Positions 46,509 through 56,409 of a stretch of 64,000 nt of DNA are shown here, piece after piece; within the stretch, counting starts at the first letter, position 1, and each line of letters opens with the position of its first letter. A program made the position numbers and the translations under genes. The notes under the pieces were generated by a model. The model was not told the origin of the DNA and did not search any database. It was given only the letters and a program-made list of their open reading frames with translations. The stretch is from NCBI GenBank assembly GCA_048885525.1, contig JBHLLP010000008.1:32001-96000 (forward strand), given 5' to 3'. The DNA is from Candidatus Hermodarchaeota archaeon (lineage in GTDB: Archaea; Asgardarchaeota; Lokiarchaeia; Sigyniarchaeales; SOKP01).

Positions 46509-47033
46509 TTATAACATTTTATGAATTAATTCATTAATATATATACCAAGATTACCAAGTGTTCCCCCTTCATTGTAATGTTTTTTAATAGTCCCTCTAT
46601 GTCCTTTTCTTGGAGGGTGTAATCGGAAAACTGGTTTAATTTTATATATATCTCTTTCTCGATATTGTATTTCTCCATTTAATAATGCTTTTGCGAATTC
46701 TCTAAAATTTTTATATTTAGTTAAATTTCTAATATGCTCTTCTGTCAGTGATTTATTACCTTCTATTTTTCCTCTTACTCTTAGCAATCTAATTAATGTT
46801 TTTTCATCAACTTCTCCGTATGCAATATAGTCCTTACATTTAATGAGCATTCCTTCATAAGAGGGATTACCCCATATAAGCACTCCATGATTTACTTTAT
46901 GCATTCTTAACATCTTTAATGTATCTAATATTTTACCCCTCATTCCTGGGGCACCTCTGATACGAACTGCAAAATATAGTTTATGTGTAACTTCTGATTC
47001 TTTCATTTTTGATTTCTTTTTTGCCATAGACAT
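46509..47033 (-). CDS. rpl30: 50S ribosomal protein uL30 (archaeal long form)
   Basis: AVRIRG, TLKMLRMHKVNH, KPVFRLHPPRKG. Confidence 0.95.
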   Translation of the reverse strand: MSMAKKKSKMKESEVTHKLYFAVRIRGAPGMRGKILDTLKMLRMHKVNHGVLIWGNPSYEGMLIKCKDYIAYGEVDEKTLIRLLRVRGKIEGNKSLTEEHIRNLTKYKNFREFAKALLNGEIQYRERDIYKIKPVFRLHPPRKGHRGTIKKHYNEGGTLGNLGIYINELIHKML

Positions 47034-47050
47034 TTAAGCACCACTCTTTT

Positions 47051-47680
47051 CTATATATTAAAGTTATATTTATGCGCTTGTTTGAGTGCATCAAATGTTG
47101 CTTTAACTAAATTTTCACTTGTTCTCGTGTCTCCAAAAGTCTTGCTCCAAATATCTTCAATCCCACATAATCTTAAAACAGGTTTTACTTTATCTGCACA
47201 TGCTAATCCAACCCCAACAGGGGCAGGAATGAGTTGGATTCTGACTGAACCACACTTTCCTTTAATTTTAAAAGGAATACTATGAGTTCCTCCACAACCA
47301 CACTCTTTACTTCCACAACCTCTTAAAACTGGAATCACTGAAAGTTTTGCTTTATCAATAGCTTTTCTTATTGCTGGTCCAACTTCACGGCTTTTAGCTG
47401 AGCCAATTCCTACAAATCCATCAGCTCCAACAAGGACTACGGCTTTAAATTTCGATCGTTGTCCGCTTGCAGTCATTTGTTGCACCATCTTTATATCTGT
47501 TACATGTTCAGTTAATTGTGGTAAAAGGATATTTATAATCTCTTTTTCCTTAACAACGATATTATTCTGAAATATTTTATCCAAAGTAATTAATCCTTGT
47601 TGGACAAGTTCACCCAACTTGGTTTTAGGAATCCATTCTTCATCAATATTTCTTAGTCGACTCATTTTTTTTACACTCAC
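47051..47680 (-). CDS. rps5: 30S ribosomal protein uS5
   Basis: WIPKTKLG, GPAIRKA, RGCGS, HSIPFK, LIPAP.G.GL. Confidence 0.96.
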   Translation of the reverse strand: MSVKKMSRLRNIDEEWIPKTKLGELVQQGLITLDKIFQNNIVVKEKEIINILLPQLTEHVTDIKMVQQMTASGQRSKFKAVVLVGADGFVGIGSAKSREVGPAIRKAIDKAKLSVIPVLRGCGSKECGCGGTHSIPFKIKGKCGSVRIQLIPAPVGVGLACADKVKPVLRLCGIEDIWSKTFGDTRTSENLVKATFDALKQAHKYNFNI

Positions 47681-47682
47681 TT

Positions 47683-48273
47683 TTAAGCTTTATTTTCAAT
47701 CATTTTTAAGGAATTCGCAAATATTTTGCTTAAATTTAGTGGATTTAATTTCTTCTTTAAATAACCTGAGAATATTTGTTCATATTGCTCTGGTTCATTT
47801 GTTTTTAGATTTTTCGCATAATTTTCAATATGAATACCCTTAATTCTTTCATCTATACCTTCTGGAAAAAATTCCTCACGATAAGGAATATTTATTCCTG
47901 TGTCTATTATTCCTTTACAAGCAGCAAGGACACGATTTCTATGGTAAAAAATACCTAAATCAAATATAGCTTCTTGGATTTTTTTTGCTTTTGCTCTTAA
48001 TCCTGCTAAATAACCTGTTAAATAAGCTGCAGGAATGTTTCCACTATTTGCAGTCCAACCATATTTTGAGGTTAATTCCTTAGAAAATGCAGAAACTAAG
48101 ATATTGTCTCCACCAAATTTGGACTGAGTAATTTGAACTTGTATATGATCATTTGATGCTCGAATAACTACCCTTAATTTTCTTGATTTTAACAACTTTA
48201 ACCTCTTATGATAATCGGTTTTCCCATCATGACGTCTTCGAAATGATCTTTTATATCTGGGACCTCTCGTCAA
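47683..48273 (-). CDS. rpl18: 50S ribosomal protein uL18
   Basis: FRRRHDGKTDYHKRL, GNIPAAYLTG. Confidence 0.96.
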   Translation of the reverse strand: MTRGPRYKRSFRRRHDGKTDYHKRLKLLKSRKLRVVIRASNDHIQVQITQSKFGGDNILVSAFSKELTSKYGWTANSGNIPAAYLTGYLAGLRAKAKKIQEAIFDLGIFYHRNRVLAACKGIIDTGINIPYREEFFPEGIDERIKGIHIENYAKNLKTNEPEQYEQIFSGYLKKKLNPLNLSKIFANSLKMIENKA

Positions 48274-48275
48274 TT

Positions 48276-48731
48276 TTAACGTCCTCTTCTTATTAATTCT
48301 TTTTCTTTAATATATCTATTCAACTGAGCAACACTATTAAACATTCCACCTTTCGCATTCTTATATAATTTCCGATAATTCGATGTTGTTATTAATTTTC
48401 TATCTCTAAGTTTTTTCAGCTCTCGCCTAATTGGTCTAATACGTTTAATCCAAGCTCTTTTCTTTGGAGTTCTAGCATATTTAGTACCCTTTCTTTTTCC
48501 TAAACCCCTAGCTCTTCCTTTTTTCTTCCTCTCATGTCTAATGAGTTTTCTATGCTTTGAGATGCCCTTCTTATATTTTTTCTGGATTACTCCTTGTTTT
48601 ATCAGATTACGAATATCTTCTCGAGTAATTGCTAGGGAAATATCTTCAATTAAATAAGGATCAAAAAAAACTCTATTTTCTCCGCATTTAAGAATATCAG
48701 CGGCCATCCTTCTTTGTGGTTTTAAATTCAC
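48276..48731 (-). CDS. rpl19e: 50S ribosomal protein eL19
   Basis: QRRMAADILKCGENRV, AITREDIR, GKRKG, AKGGMF. Confidence 0.96.
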   Translation of the reverse strand: MNLKPQRRMAADILKCGENRVFFDPYLIEDISLAITREDIRNLIKQGVIQKKYKKGISKHRKLIRHERKKKGRARGLGKRKGTKYARTPKKRAWIKRIRPIRRELKKLRDRKLITTSNYRKLYKNAKGGMFNSVAQLNRYIKEKELIRRGR

Positions 48732-48732
48732 T

Positions 48733-49224
48733 TTAATCTCCCTCTAAAGAGTCTTCTAAATCATCAATTTCTAAATAATCTTCACTATCAATATCAGAAA
48801 TTGGAGCTTCAATCATTGCTTCTAAACTTTCAATTTCTTTTTGTGATATTCCAAGATTTAAAATTTTAAAACCTCTTTTTTGACAATAATCAATAAGAGC
48901 TATGCGCTTTTTAGCTCCCAATTTACCAGAAATTTTGATCGCATTAAATTTCTTGTTTAAATATTTTAAATCTTGTACTGTAGTAACTCTCACCTCTTTA
49001 TACCCAGATGGATGTAAATCCCTTACTTTTTTTGGGTTTCGATATCCTACTGTTGGAGATTTAACCCCAGATTTTTTTTTCTCTCTTGTTTTTGAATCAA
49101 TACCTCTTGATTTTCTCCAAGAATCTTTTACTCTTTTATATCTCCACGATTCAACTCGTCTAAATGAAGGTCTACTTTTATTCCGCATTTTTCGAAGTTC
49201 CATTAATCTTTTATCCTGTACCAT
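48733..49224 (-). CDS. rpl32e: 50S ribosomal protein eL32 with acidic C-tail
   Basis: PSFRR, WRKSRGIDSK, VGYRNP, LHPSG. Confidence 0.95.
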   Translation of the reverse strand: MVQDKRLMELRKMRNKSRPSFRRVESWRYKRVKDSWRKSRGIDSKTREKKKSGVKSPTVGYRNPKKVRDLHPSGYKEVRVTTVQDLKYLNKKFNAIKISGKLGAKKRIALIDYCQKRGFKILNLGISQKEIESLEAMIEAPISDIDSEDYLEIDDLEDSLEGD

Positions 49225-49239
49225 GATAATTACCTCAAT

Positions 49240-49818
49240 TTAAGTTATTTCCCAGATAATCTCATCTCCAAGCATTTTTTTGTACAGATAGACGCCATCC
49301 TGAAAAACCCTCGGATCTTTTTTTCGTATACGGCAAGCTCTTTTGACATTAGCAGCTGCTTGTCCTAATGCTTCTTTATCTGGTCCTATAAAGAGTAGAT
49401 CATCTCCTTTTATTTCTACATTTACATTCTCAGGATATATTGCCTTTCTAGGAGCTCGTTCTCCCAAGAAATTTACAATCTGAATCTCTCTTTTATCTGA
49501 ATTCACTTCACAATTACAAGGAAAATGTGAGTAGCAAATTTTTGATACATATTTATAATTCGTTTGGACACCTACAATTAAATTATTAATGATACTAACA
49601 ACAGTTTTAATTAAGGCTAAGGTTCCACTTTTTGGAAAGTTAGTTGAAAAAATAATTTTATTCCCCTCAATTGAGACTTTTATTCCTCTTACATGTGAGA
49701 AATCTTTTGTAATATCACCATTTGGTCCTTTTACTCGAATATGATGTCCTCCTTCTAGTGTAACTTTGACACCTTCAGGGATTTCCAATTCTTCTTGAAA
49801 GAATGCTATTTTTACCAT
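49240..49818 (-). CDS. rpl6: 50S ribosomal protein uL6
   Basis: IPEGV, VKGPNG, YSHFP, NFLGE, KDPRVFQDGVY; start trimmed to MVKIA. Confidence 0.96.
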   Translation of the reverse strand: MVKIAFFQEELEIPEGVKVTLEGGHHIRVKGPNGDITKDFSHVRGIKVSIEGNKIIFSTNFPKSGTLALIKTVVSIINNLIVGVQTNYKYVSKICYSHFPCNCEVNSDKREIQIVNFLGERAPRKAIYPENVNVEIKGDDLLFIGPDKEALGQAAANVKRACRIRKKDPRVFQDGVYLYKKMLGDEIIWEIT

Positions 49819-49840
49819 TTTATATTCACTCCTTATTAAT

Positions 49841-50224
49841 TTAATAGATATAACATAAAGTATGACCACCTATATGCTTCTCTTCTGCTTCACTCATTGT
49901 CATTATTCCTTGATTTGTTGTCAAAACTATTATCCCTAAACCAGGAGCAGGTAATAGGTTTCTCTCTAAGTTCTCAAATTGAGAAACTTTATAATTCAAT
50001 CTCATTAATCCTGCACACTCATTAATCTTACCTAATAAAGCTATTTTGAATTTACCTTGTCTTCCATCATCGTATCTCTCGAATTCTCCTATGTAAGCAT
50101 GTCTCTGAAATATTCGAAGAATTTGTTGAATAACTGTTGAAGCTGGACTGATTATCACTTCTTTTTTCCGTGCTCTTTCTGCATTTTTGAGAGCACAGCA
50201 AGCATCTGATACAACATTAACCAT
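49841..50224 (-). CDS. rps8: 30S ribosomal protein uS8
   Basis: KNAE, YIGEFE, LLPA, LTTNQGIM, IGG. Confidence 0.96.
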   Translation of the reverse strand: MVNVVSDACCALKNAERARKKEVIISPASTVIQQILRIFQRHAYIGEFERYDDGRQGKFKIALLGKINECAGLMRLNYKVSQFENLERNLLPAPGLGIIVLTTNQGIMTMSEAEEKHIGGHTLCYIY

Positions 50225-50261
50225 AGATTTTCACATCTTTATTTAATTATTTATTAAATTC

Positions 50262-50411
50262 TTACTCAAACCTTTTAAATCCAATTTCTTTTCCTATTTC
50301 ATAAAAACATCTTCTACAGATATATAATCCATAACGCCTTATTATTCCTCTGTGAGTATGACATCTTCTGCACTCTCGCTGACCTTTACCGTAGTGTTTA
50401 CCTTGTGGTAT
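50262..50411 (-). CDS. rps14: 30S ribosomal protein uS14 (ATA start; missed by ORF track)
   Basis: (M)[48 protein letters not shown]; between uL5 and uS8. Confidence 0.95.
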   Translation of the reverse strand: MPQGKHYGKGQRECRRCHTHRGIIRRYGLYICRRCFYEIGKEIGFKRFE

Positions 50412-50430
50412 CTTTTTTCACCTTAATGTA

Positions 50431-51024
50431 TTATATAAACTCTAAATCCAACTTTTCTACAATTTCAATTCCGAATTTTTGAGTTAAAAAATATTGGGCT
50501 TCTTCTCTGGATATATAATGATGTTTTGGAACTTTAGTGCGAGCTTTTCTTCTAAATTTTACTCTCATCCCAGGTCGTACTATTCTGCCTACACAATCTA
50601 AACCCCATATACCAATTGTATTGTCATATTCAATACCAGGAATAGATATATGTTCTGTTATTCCAAAACCAAAATTTCCATAATCATCAAAACTTTTTCT
50701 TAAAATTTTATTGTTATTTACAATTATTAATTTTTTAAGCAATTTTTCCCCATTTTGACCCCTAACAGTTATTTTAGTTCCAATAGGGCGTCCTTTCCTT
50801 AAATTAAATTCTTTTACATTTGTTTTTGAAAGAGTTTTAATTGCTTTTTGACCTGTTATTGTTTCTAGTACAGCAACGGCTCTCTCCAATTCCTGTCCTC
50901 CTACCCCAACACCTATATTTAATACCAACTTCTCTAAATATGGTTTTTTCATAGGATTTTTCCAATTTTCTTCATATTTTTTTGAGAGAGCATCTGGAAT
51001 TTTCTTTTTTATTTTAGTAGACAT
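50431..51024 (-). CDS. rpl5: 50S ribosomal protein uL5
   Basis: NPMKKP, KLVLNIGVG, GTKITVRG, GNFGFGITEHI. Confidence 0.96.
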   Translation of the reverse strand: MSTKIKKKIPDALSKKYEENWKNPMKKPYLEKLVLNIGVGVGGQELERAVAVLETITGQKAIKTLSKTNVKEFNLRKGRPIGTKITVRGQNGEKLLKKLIIVNNNKILRKSFDDYGNFGFGITEHISIPGIEYDNTIGIWGLDCVGRIVRPGMRVKFRRKARTKVPKHHYISREEAQYFLTQKFGIEIVEKLDLEFI

Positions 51025-51053
51025 TTATTTTTCACTTAACTTTTTTCATTATT

Positions 51054-51812
51054 TTAATTATTTTTTATACTAGGTAAATCAATTTCAGAACTATTTTCTC
51101 CAATAATAAAAGTATAATCATATAGAGTTTCTGTATGTTCTCCATTATGTTGAATAGAGACTGTACTTGCTTTAGGTCCAAAACGTTTTAATATGTTTAT
51201 AATTTTTCCAACTTGTCCAATATTTTTACCTGACATAATAATTGCAATATTATTTTCTTTAAATTTCAAAACTTTATTAATTTCTTGTTCAGGAATAGAA
51301 ATCTTAAGAACATCCATTCGTTTATAAATATCTTCTTTAGGATTTCTAGGATCTTGAACTTTAATTAAAATATTTCTTCCATCATGTAAGTTTAGTTGAA
51401 TGTGACCTCCCTTTATTGTAGTTTTATTATTTATTCTACATAATTTAAAAATACTTTCTTGTTCAGAAATTTCATGCAAAATTAAGCCATGTTGAGAATC
51501 TGGGAGGACCCTATAATGTTTTTGCATTTTTTCAATTGATAATACATCCATTAGTCCTACTGGGAATGATATATTCTTCACAATTTTCCCATCGATTTTA
51601 AAGTAACCTAACCCAATTAACTTTTTCGCCTCTCTATAACTATCAACAATTTTGAGAAGATCTCTAACAATATGAAGCAATGTTAGGCAAATCCTACTAG
51701 GATGAGGTCCTGGAGATGGTTTAATGAAAAATTTTCCATGCTTTCTTTTAATTTGCAGAAATGAAGGTGTGTTAAGCCTTTTTAATACTTTTTGATTACC
51801 GTGACGAGTCAT
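51054..51812 (-). CDS. rps4e: 30S ribosomal protein eS4
   Basis: LKRLNTP, PSPGPH, FPVGLMDV, QLNLHDGRN. Confidence 0.96.
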   Translation of the reverse strand: MTRHGNQKVLKRLNTPSFLQIKRKHGKFFIKPSPGPHPSRICLTLLHIVRDLLKIVDSYREAKKLIGLGYFKIDGKIVKNISFPVGLMDVLSIEKMQKHYRVLPDSQHGLILHEISEQESIFKLCRINNKTTIKGGHIQLNLHDGRNILIKVQDPRNPKEDIYKRMDVLKISIPEQEINKVLKFKENNIAIIMSGKNIGQVGKIINILKRFGPKASTVSIQHNGEHTETLYDYTFIIGENSSEIDLPSIKNN

Positions 51813-52245
51813 TTTTTTGTTTTTCCTCCTCTTTATTTTTTTTTGGAGCTGTCAATCCTTCTTCATAAAATCCATATAAAGCTTTTCTTTCTATCATATT
51901 CGCGCGCCATGGGTCCATTTTCTTTTCTTTAGTAAACTTAGTAATAACTAAGTTTGCTATATGAATTGCAGGATGAAATTGAGTACCATCAGTTTTTTCG
52001 AAAGTACATTCTTTTATCTTACATCTTAAATTTCTTGTAATCTCAAGAACCTCACCTTCAAAATCTTTAAATTCACCTCTACATACTCTAACCTGATCAC
52101 CAACTCTAAGCGGAAGTCTTTTTATCCCATATTCATCACGAAGAAAATCAGCTAATCTAGTGCTAAGCAATTTTGAGCGATGATGGTTATTATGATTATA
52201 GAGAGCTTTCCTTTGTTTTCTTGGTTGTTTTGATTTAACTTTCAT
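51796..52245 (-). CDS. rpl24: 50S ribosomal protein uL24
   Basis: SKQPRKQRK, LRVGDQVRVCRG. Confidence 0.95.
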   Translation of the reverse strand: MKVKSKQPRKQRKALYNHNNHHRSKLLSTRLADFLRDEYGIKRLPLRVGDQVRVCRGEFKDFEGEVLEITRNLRCKIKECTFEKTDGTQFHPAIHIANLVITKFTKEKKMDPWRANMIERKALYGFYEEGLTAPKKNKEEEKQKNDSSR

Positions 52246-52259
52246 TATTAGACCTCATT

Positions 52260-52685
52260 TTATATTATTAATGAAGAGATTGATGCAAGTCTAGGAAACA
52301 TTTCTGCTGCTTCCCGCGCTATTGGTCCTCGAATTTCTGTAGCTTTTGGATCACCTTCTTTTGTTACAATAACCCCAGCATTATCTTCAAAACATAGTCT
52401 TGTGCCATCTAGTCTTCTATAAATCATTTTTTGTCTAACTATTACTGCTTTAACTATATTTCCTCTTAATTCAGGTTTTCCCTTTTTTATTGTAACTGTG
52501 CATACACTTCCTACAGAAGCTTTAGGTAATCTTCTTAATCGTGTCTTGAAACCGTCTACATTAATAATTTGAGCTATCTTAGCACCTGAGTTATCTGCTA
52601 TAATAATTTTTGATCCATTACATAAACCATAACTGGTGCGAGACTTAGTATATGTTTTTCTCCCTAATTTTCTTCTCGTTCCCAT
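52260..52685 (-). CDS. rpl14: 50S ribosomal protein uL14
   Basis: ADNSGAK, KKGKPELR, AVIVRQ, FEDNAGVIV, GPIAREAAE. Confidence 0.96.
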   Translation of the reverse strand: MGTRRKLGRKTYTKSRTSYGLCNGSKIIIADNSGAKIAQIINVDGFKTRLRRLPKASVGSVCTVTIKKGKPELRGNIVKAVIVRQKMIYRRLDGTRLCFEDNAGVIVTKEGDPKATEIRGPIAREAAEMFPRLASISSLII

Positions 52686-53038
52686 TATTCCGCACCATGT
52701 GAAATTTTTTCAAGTACAATAAACGCTTTTGTTTTAGAAATTTTACGAGATTCTCCAACTCTTACTAAATCTCCAATTTCAATTTCATGAATTAAACAAC
52801 TTGGTAAATGACAAGCTAACCGCATATTACGGCGCTCATATCTTTGATACTTTTTAATGAATTGAACATAATCACGTTTAATTATAACAGTATTTCTTGT
52901 TTTTTTACTAACTATAATTCCTTGTGTAATTTTTCCTCTAATTCGTGTGTTTCCGTGATAGGGACAAGCTTGGTCTTTACAATCTTCAGCTTTAATTTTG
53001 GGAGGAATAACACCAGGAATACCAATATTTTTACTCAT
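52685..53038 (-). CDS. rps17: 30S ribosomal protein uS17
   Basis: CPYHG, KKYQRYERR, ESRKISKTK. Confidence 0.95.
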   Translation of the reverse strand: MSKNIGIPGVIPPKIKAEDCKDQACPYHGNTRIRGKITQGIIVSKKTRNTVIIKRDYVQFIKKYQRYERRNMRLACHLPSCLIHEIEIGDLVRVGESRKISKTKAFIVLEKISHGAE

Positions 53039-53346
53039 TTTTTTGACCTTCTCCTCTTTTTTAAACTCCTTAACCTATTTACAGGAAGTCCAACAATCTT
53101 ATTCCCTTGAACTTCTAAATAATAATCATCTTTTTCATTATTCTGGTAATTTGAAATTTTAAATCTAAATATATATTCTTTTTTAACATACTTCTTTATC
53201 TTATTATCCTTTTCAGTAATTAACAGATTTCTTGTTTCATCAATTACAACGCCTATGTTTGAGAATTTTTTATCATATGACTTGCGTTTAGCATAGGTAT
53301 TAAAGCCTATAAGATCATGATATATTAAATACTTTAAACTAATCAT
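53035..53346 (-). CDS. rnp1: Ribonuclease P protein component 1 (Rpp29/Pop4)
   Basis: HDLIG, GVVIDETRN, FRF, V.G..IVG.P..R; conserved position. Confidence 0.88.
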   Translation of the reverse strand: MISLKYLIYHDLIGFNTYAKRKSYDKKFSNIGVVIDETRNLLITEKDNKIKKYVKKEYIFRFKISNYQNNEKDDYYLEVQGNKIVGLPVNRLRSLKKRRRSKK

Positions 53347-53543
53347 AATTTTTCCTCCTTCATCACTGTTAGAATTCTGGCTATTTGTTTTTTTAATAAT
53401 TTTGCTTTGGCTGGATTATCAGAAAGCCCTCCACCAGTTTGCATTGAATATAACATCATTAACTCCTCTCGTAACTTAATTAGATTTCTCTCTCTTTCTC
53501 GTTCATCCATTTCTCGAACTTTTTTTGCTGTTATAATATCCAT
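53343..53543 (-). CDS. rpl29: 50S ribosomal protein uL29
   Basis: VREM, LREEL, NPAK..LKKQIARILTV; start trimmed to MDIIT. Confidence 0.92.
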   Translation of the reverse strand: MDIITAKKVREMDERERERNLIKLREELMMLYSMQTGGGLSDNPAKAKLLKKQIARILTVMKEEKL

Positions 53544-53571
53544 CTCATACCACAATATTGTGTTATTATTT

Positions 53572-54360
53572 TTATTTTTTCTCTGATTCCGCTTGTTCAC
53601 CTTCAGTATCAGGAATCAACGAAATCTCGGAAATTTCTTCCTCATCAACTTCATCAAGTAATTTCTTATCCTCCTCGCTTAAAACGCCTTCTTCTTCTTC
53701 GATCACATAATCTGCTCGCGTTTTCTTTAATTTTACCTCCATTTCTGTTTGAGCTTTTGTTAAAAGATCATCCTTTATTTTGACATCATCTCCCATTTTA
53801 ACATTAGCTCGCATTATTTTCACTATTACCCCTAAAACCCCAGATTTCTGTATACATTGAGCTACACCTTTATCAACTGCTGCTGCAGGTTGTCCCGATT
53901 TGGACATTGTTCCTGCTCTGAATATTTGTGTGCGAGCGCGTTGTGAAGTAACCTTCCCAGAAACGATTATCTCTACACCACGTGCCCCAGCATCCATTAC
54001 TTTTCTTAATATATAATAACCCGCTCTGCGATAATGGCGTCCTCGATCTAATGAATATGCTAATCTTTCTGCCATTATTTGAGCATCTAAATCTGGTTCA
54101 GCGACCTCTTCCACTTCAATTTGAGGCATTTCCAATCCGAATCGGTCTTGTAGAACATCTGTAATTTCTTGAATTCTCTTTCCCCCTTTGCCAATTACTA
54201 ATCCTGGACGAGAAGTTTTTAATGTGATTCTTACCCCAAGAGGAGTACGTTGTAACTCAACGCCAGCAAATCCTGCACGAACTAACTCTGAACGTAAGTA
54301 TTCATTAATTTGCATTAATTTAATACCTTGTTCAATAAAATTTTTTACTAAAGGACTCAT
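53572..54360 (-). CDS. rps3: 30S ribosomal protein uS3 with acidic C-tail
   Basis: RPGLVIGKGG, GARGVEIIVSGK, GVLGVIVKI. Confidence 0.96.
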   Translation of the reverse strand: MSPLVKNFIEQGIKLMQINEYLRSELVRAGFAGVELQRTPLGVRITLKTSRPGLVIGKGGKRIQEITDVLQDRFGLEMPQIEVEEVAEPDLDAQIMAERLAYSLDRGRHYRRAGYYILRKVMDAGARGVEIIVSGKVTSQRARTQIFRAGTMSKSGQPAAAVDKGVAQCIQKSGVLGVIVKIMRANVKMGDDVKIKDDLLTKAQTEMEVKLKKTRADYVIEEEEGVLSEEDKKLLDEVDEEEISEISLIPDTEGEQAESEKK

Positions 54361-54408
54361 TTTTTCTCAATAATCATAAATTTTAGATATCTTTTTTTAT
54401 TTATTTTG

Positions 54409-54888
54409 CTAACTTGGAAATTCGTAAATTGCAATTTCTATATGTGAAAGATGTTTAAATCTTGCTGAGCTTCTGCCGTGTGCGCGTGGGATATATCTCT
54501 TAATTATTCTGCCCATATGTGTTGCTGCATGAATAATCCTACATAAATCAAGATCTAAACCTTTATATTCTGCATTTGATTCAACTGATGTGAGAATTTC
54601 ATAAATTCTAGCAGCAGCTTTTCGAGGGTATCTTCCAGCATACCATTTAAATTGCTTTAAATCATTCTTATGGGCAACTTTTTTTTTATGTCTTCTAAAA
54701 GGAATTGATTGTTCCATTCTGATTACTTTTTCTAAAAACGTTTTTGCTTGATCAATCTTCATTCCTTTAATTACAGCACAAACTTCTCTAGCGTGTTTTG
54801 GTTTAATTCTAATATCCCGCCCCGATGCTTTTGCTAATCTATCTGCATCATATTTCTGTTCTACAAAAGAATAACCCCACGTAGGCAT
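54409..54888 (-). CDS. rpl22: 50S ribosomal protein uL22
   Basis: GRYPRKAA, NAEYKGLD, PRAHGR, SHIEI. Confidence 0.96.
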   Translation of the reverse strand: MPTWGYSFVEQKYDADRLAKASGRDIRIKPKHAREVCAVIKGMKIDQAKTFLEKVIRMEQSIPFRRHKKKVAHKNDLKQFKWYAGRYPRKAAARIYEILTSVESNAEYKGLDLDLCRIIHAATHMGRIIKRYIPRAHGRSSARFKHLSHIEIAIYEFPS

Positions 54889-54914
54889 TTAATCTCAACT
54901 CAGTTTATTTATTA

Positions 54915-55490
54915 TTATTTCAATGGAACATATTTAGAACTTCTTGTAGCTCCGATCCCAGGTGAACCATGTTGGACTCTTTTTCGAGTTAATGAGAATT
55001 CACCTAAATAATGACCAATCATTTCAGGTTTTATATCAACTACTTCAAAAATTCTCCCATTATATACTCCAATTTTTAGACCTACCATTTCAGGGAATAT
55101 AATCATATCTCTTACATGTGTTCGTGTAAGCAAATCTTTTCCTCTTTTTTTAGCCCTATAAGCCCTTCTTAATCTTTCAAGTAACTTTTTTTGTCTTGGA
55201 GGTAAACCACGTTTTAATGAACGTCGTGCTCTTGCGGGTAATAGTTGAATAAATTGATCCATGTTCATTTTCTTTAACTCCTCTAATGTATATCCTCTAT
55301 ATTTGAACCTTAACCGATCTAACTCTACTTCGGTGTCAATATCTCCTTCTTCTTCTAAATCTTCTTCCTTTTCCTTCTCAATATCAGTTTCTATCTCTTT
55401 CTCAGAATCTGAACCTTTTTCTAATTCACTATTCAATTCTTCCTCTAATTTTTCTGATCCTTTTTCATCAGATTGTTCATCCGGAGCCAT
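54915..55490 (-). CDS. rps19: 30S ribosomal protein uS19 with acidic N-terminal extension
   Basis: [47 protein letters not shown]. Confidence 0.96.
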   Translation of the reverse strand: MAPDEQSDEKGSEKLEEELNSELEKGSDSEKEIETDIEKEKEEDLEEEGDIDTEVELDRLRFKYRGYTLEELKKMNMDQFIQLLPARARRSLKRGLPPRQKKLLERLRRAYRAKKRGKDLLTRTHVRDMIIFPEMVGLKIGVYNGRIFEVVDIKPEMIGHYLGEFSLTRKRVQHGSPGIGATRSSKYVPLK

Positions 55491-55718
55491 TTTTTAACCA
55501 ATCTATTTATTCCATTTATATTATTCTTTAATTTTTTTCTTATCTAAGATATTACGGTAAGGTTTGTAGTGTTGTATTAAATTTTAACTTTTAGGTTAAG
55601 TTAGCAAAAATCATAAAACTTATAAGTGTTAGATGTAAATTTGAAGGTATTTTCATGTATTTTAGTGTTTTGAATAAAAAAACGATTTTTGTCTACTTCC
55701 TTTAAAATTAAAAAGGAG

Positions 55719-56393
55719 TTATTCATATTTATTTGGATTAAAAACGCGATTTATATCACGCTCATCAAATAATCCATTCCAACTTTCTTTAAGAATCACA
55801 AATTTATTTTTTTCTTTATTGGGATTAATAACAGAATGATAAGTATTTATGGGGTTTTGAAATATTGTCCCAGTTTTAACAAAATAGTACACTCTATCCC
55901 TATTAATAATAATAGGTTCACCCTCCAAAATTTTCCATACTTCATTTCTATATTGATGTAACTGAATTGAAAGCCCATATTCTGGACGTACAAAAATTAG
56001 ATTATAATTTGGATAAGAAAATTTAAAACTATACCATTTTGGTAGGGTATCTATATAGCCTTTGGGAATATTATATCTTTTTTTAAATATTTCTGGACTT
56101 AGAGGTATCTTTTGTGAAGATTCATATTTAAATGGATCATAAATTATTAAATGGTTTGAAATATCTTGGTTATAATAGAGATCAAGTGGACAATTTCCAT
56201 TATTTATTATCATGTAAAAAGAGCCTGGCTTAATTAATAAATCTGAACGCGAAATCCCTTCAGTTTTAAAATTTATACCGTTAATTAAGAAAATATTGTG
56301 AAAATTTTCCTTATCAACTTCAATTTTTAAATTTTTTGGACCATTTTTTCTAAAACCTGTACTTCGTAAGGCACCTATTTTTTCATGAATCAA
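55719..56393 (-). CDS. Cupin (mannose-6-phosphate isomerase type II-like) domain protein
   Basis: LSIQLHQYRNEVW, HSVIN, FDERDINRV. Confidence 0.65.
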   Translation of the reverse strand: MIHEKIGALRSTGFRKNGPKNLKIEVDKENFHNIFLINGINFKTEGISRSDLLIKPGSFYMIINNGNCPLDLYYNQDISNHLIIYDPFKYESSQKIPLSPEIFKKRYNIPKGYIDTLPKWYSFKFSYPNYNLIFVRPEYGLSIQLHQYRNEVWKILEGEPIIINRDRVYYFVKTGTIFQNPINTYHSVINPNKEKNKFVILKESWNGLFDERDINRVFNPNKYE

Positions 56394-56409
56394 ATTTAAT
56401 ACTCCTTCA

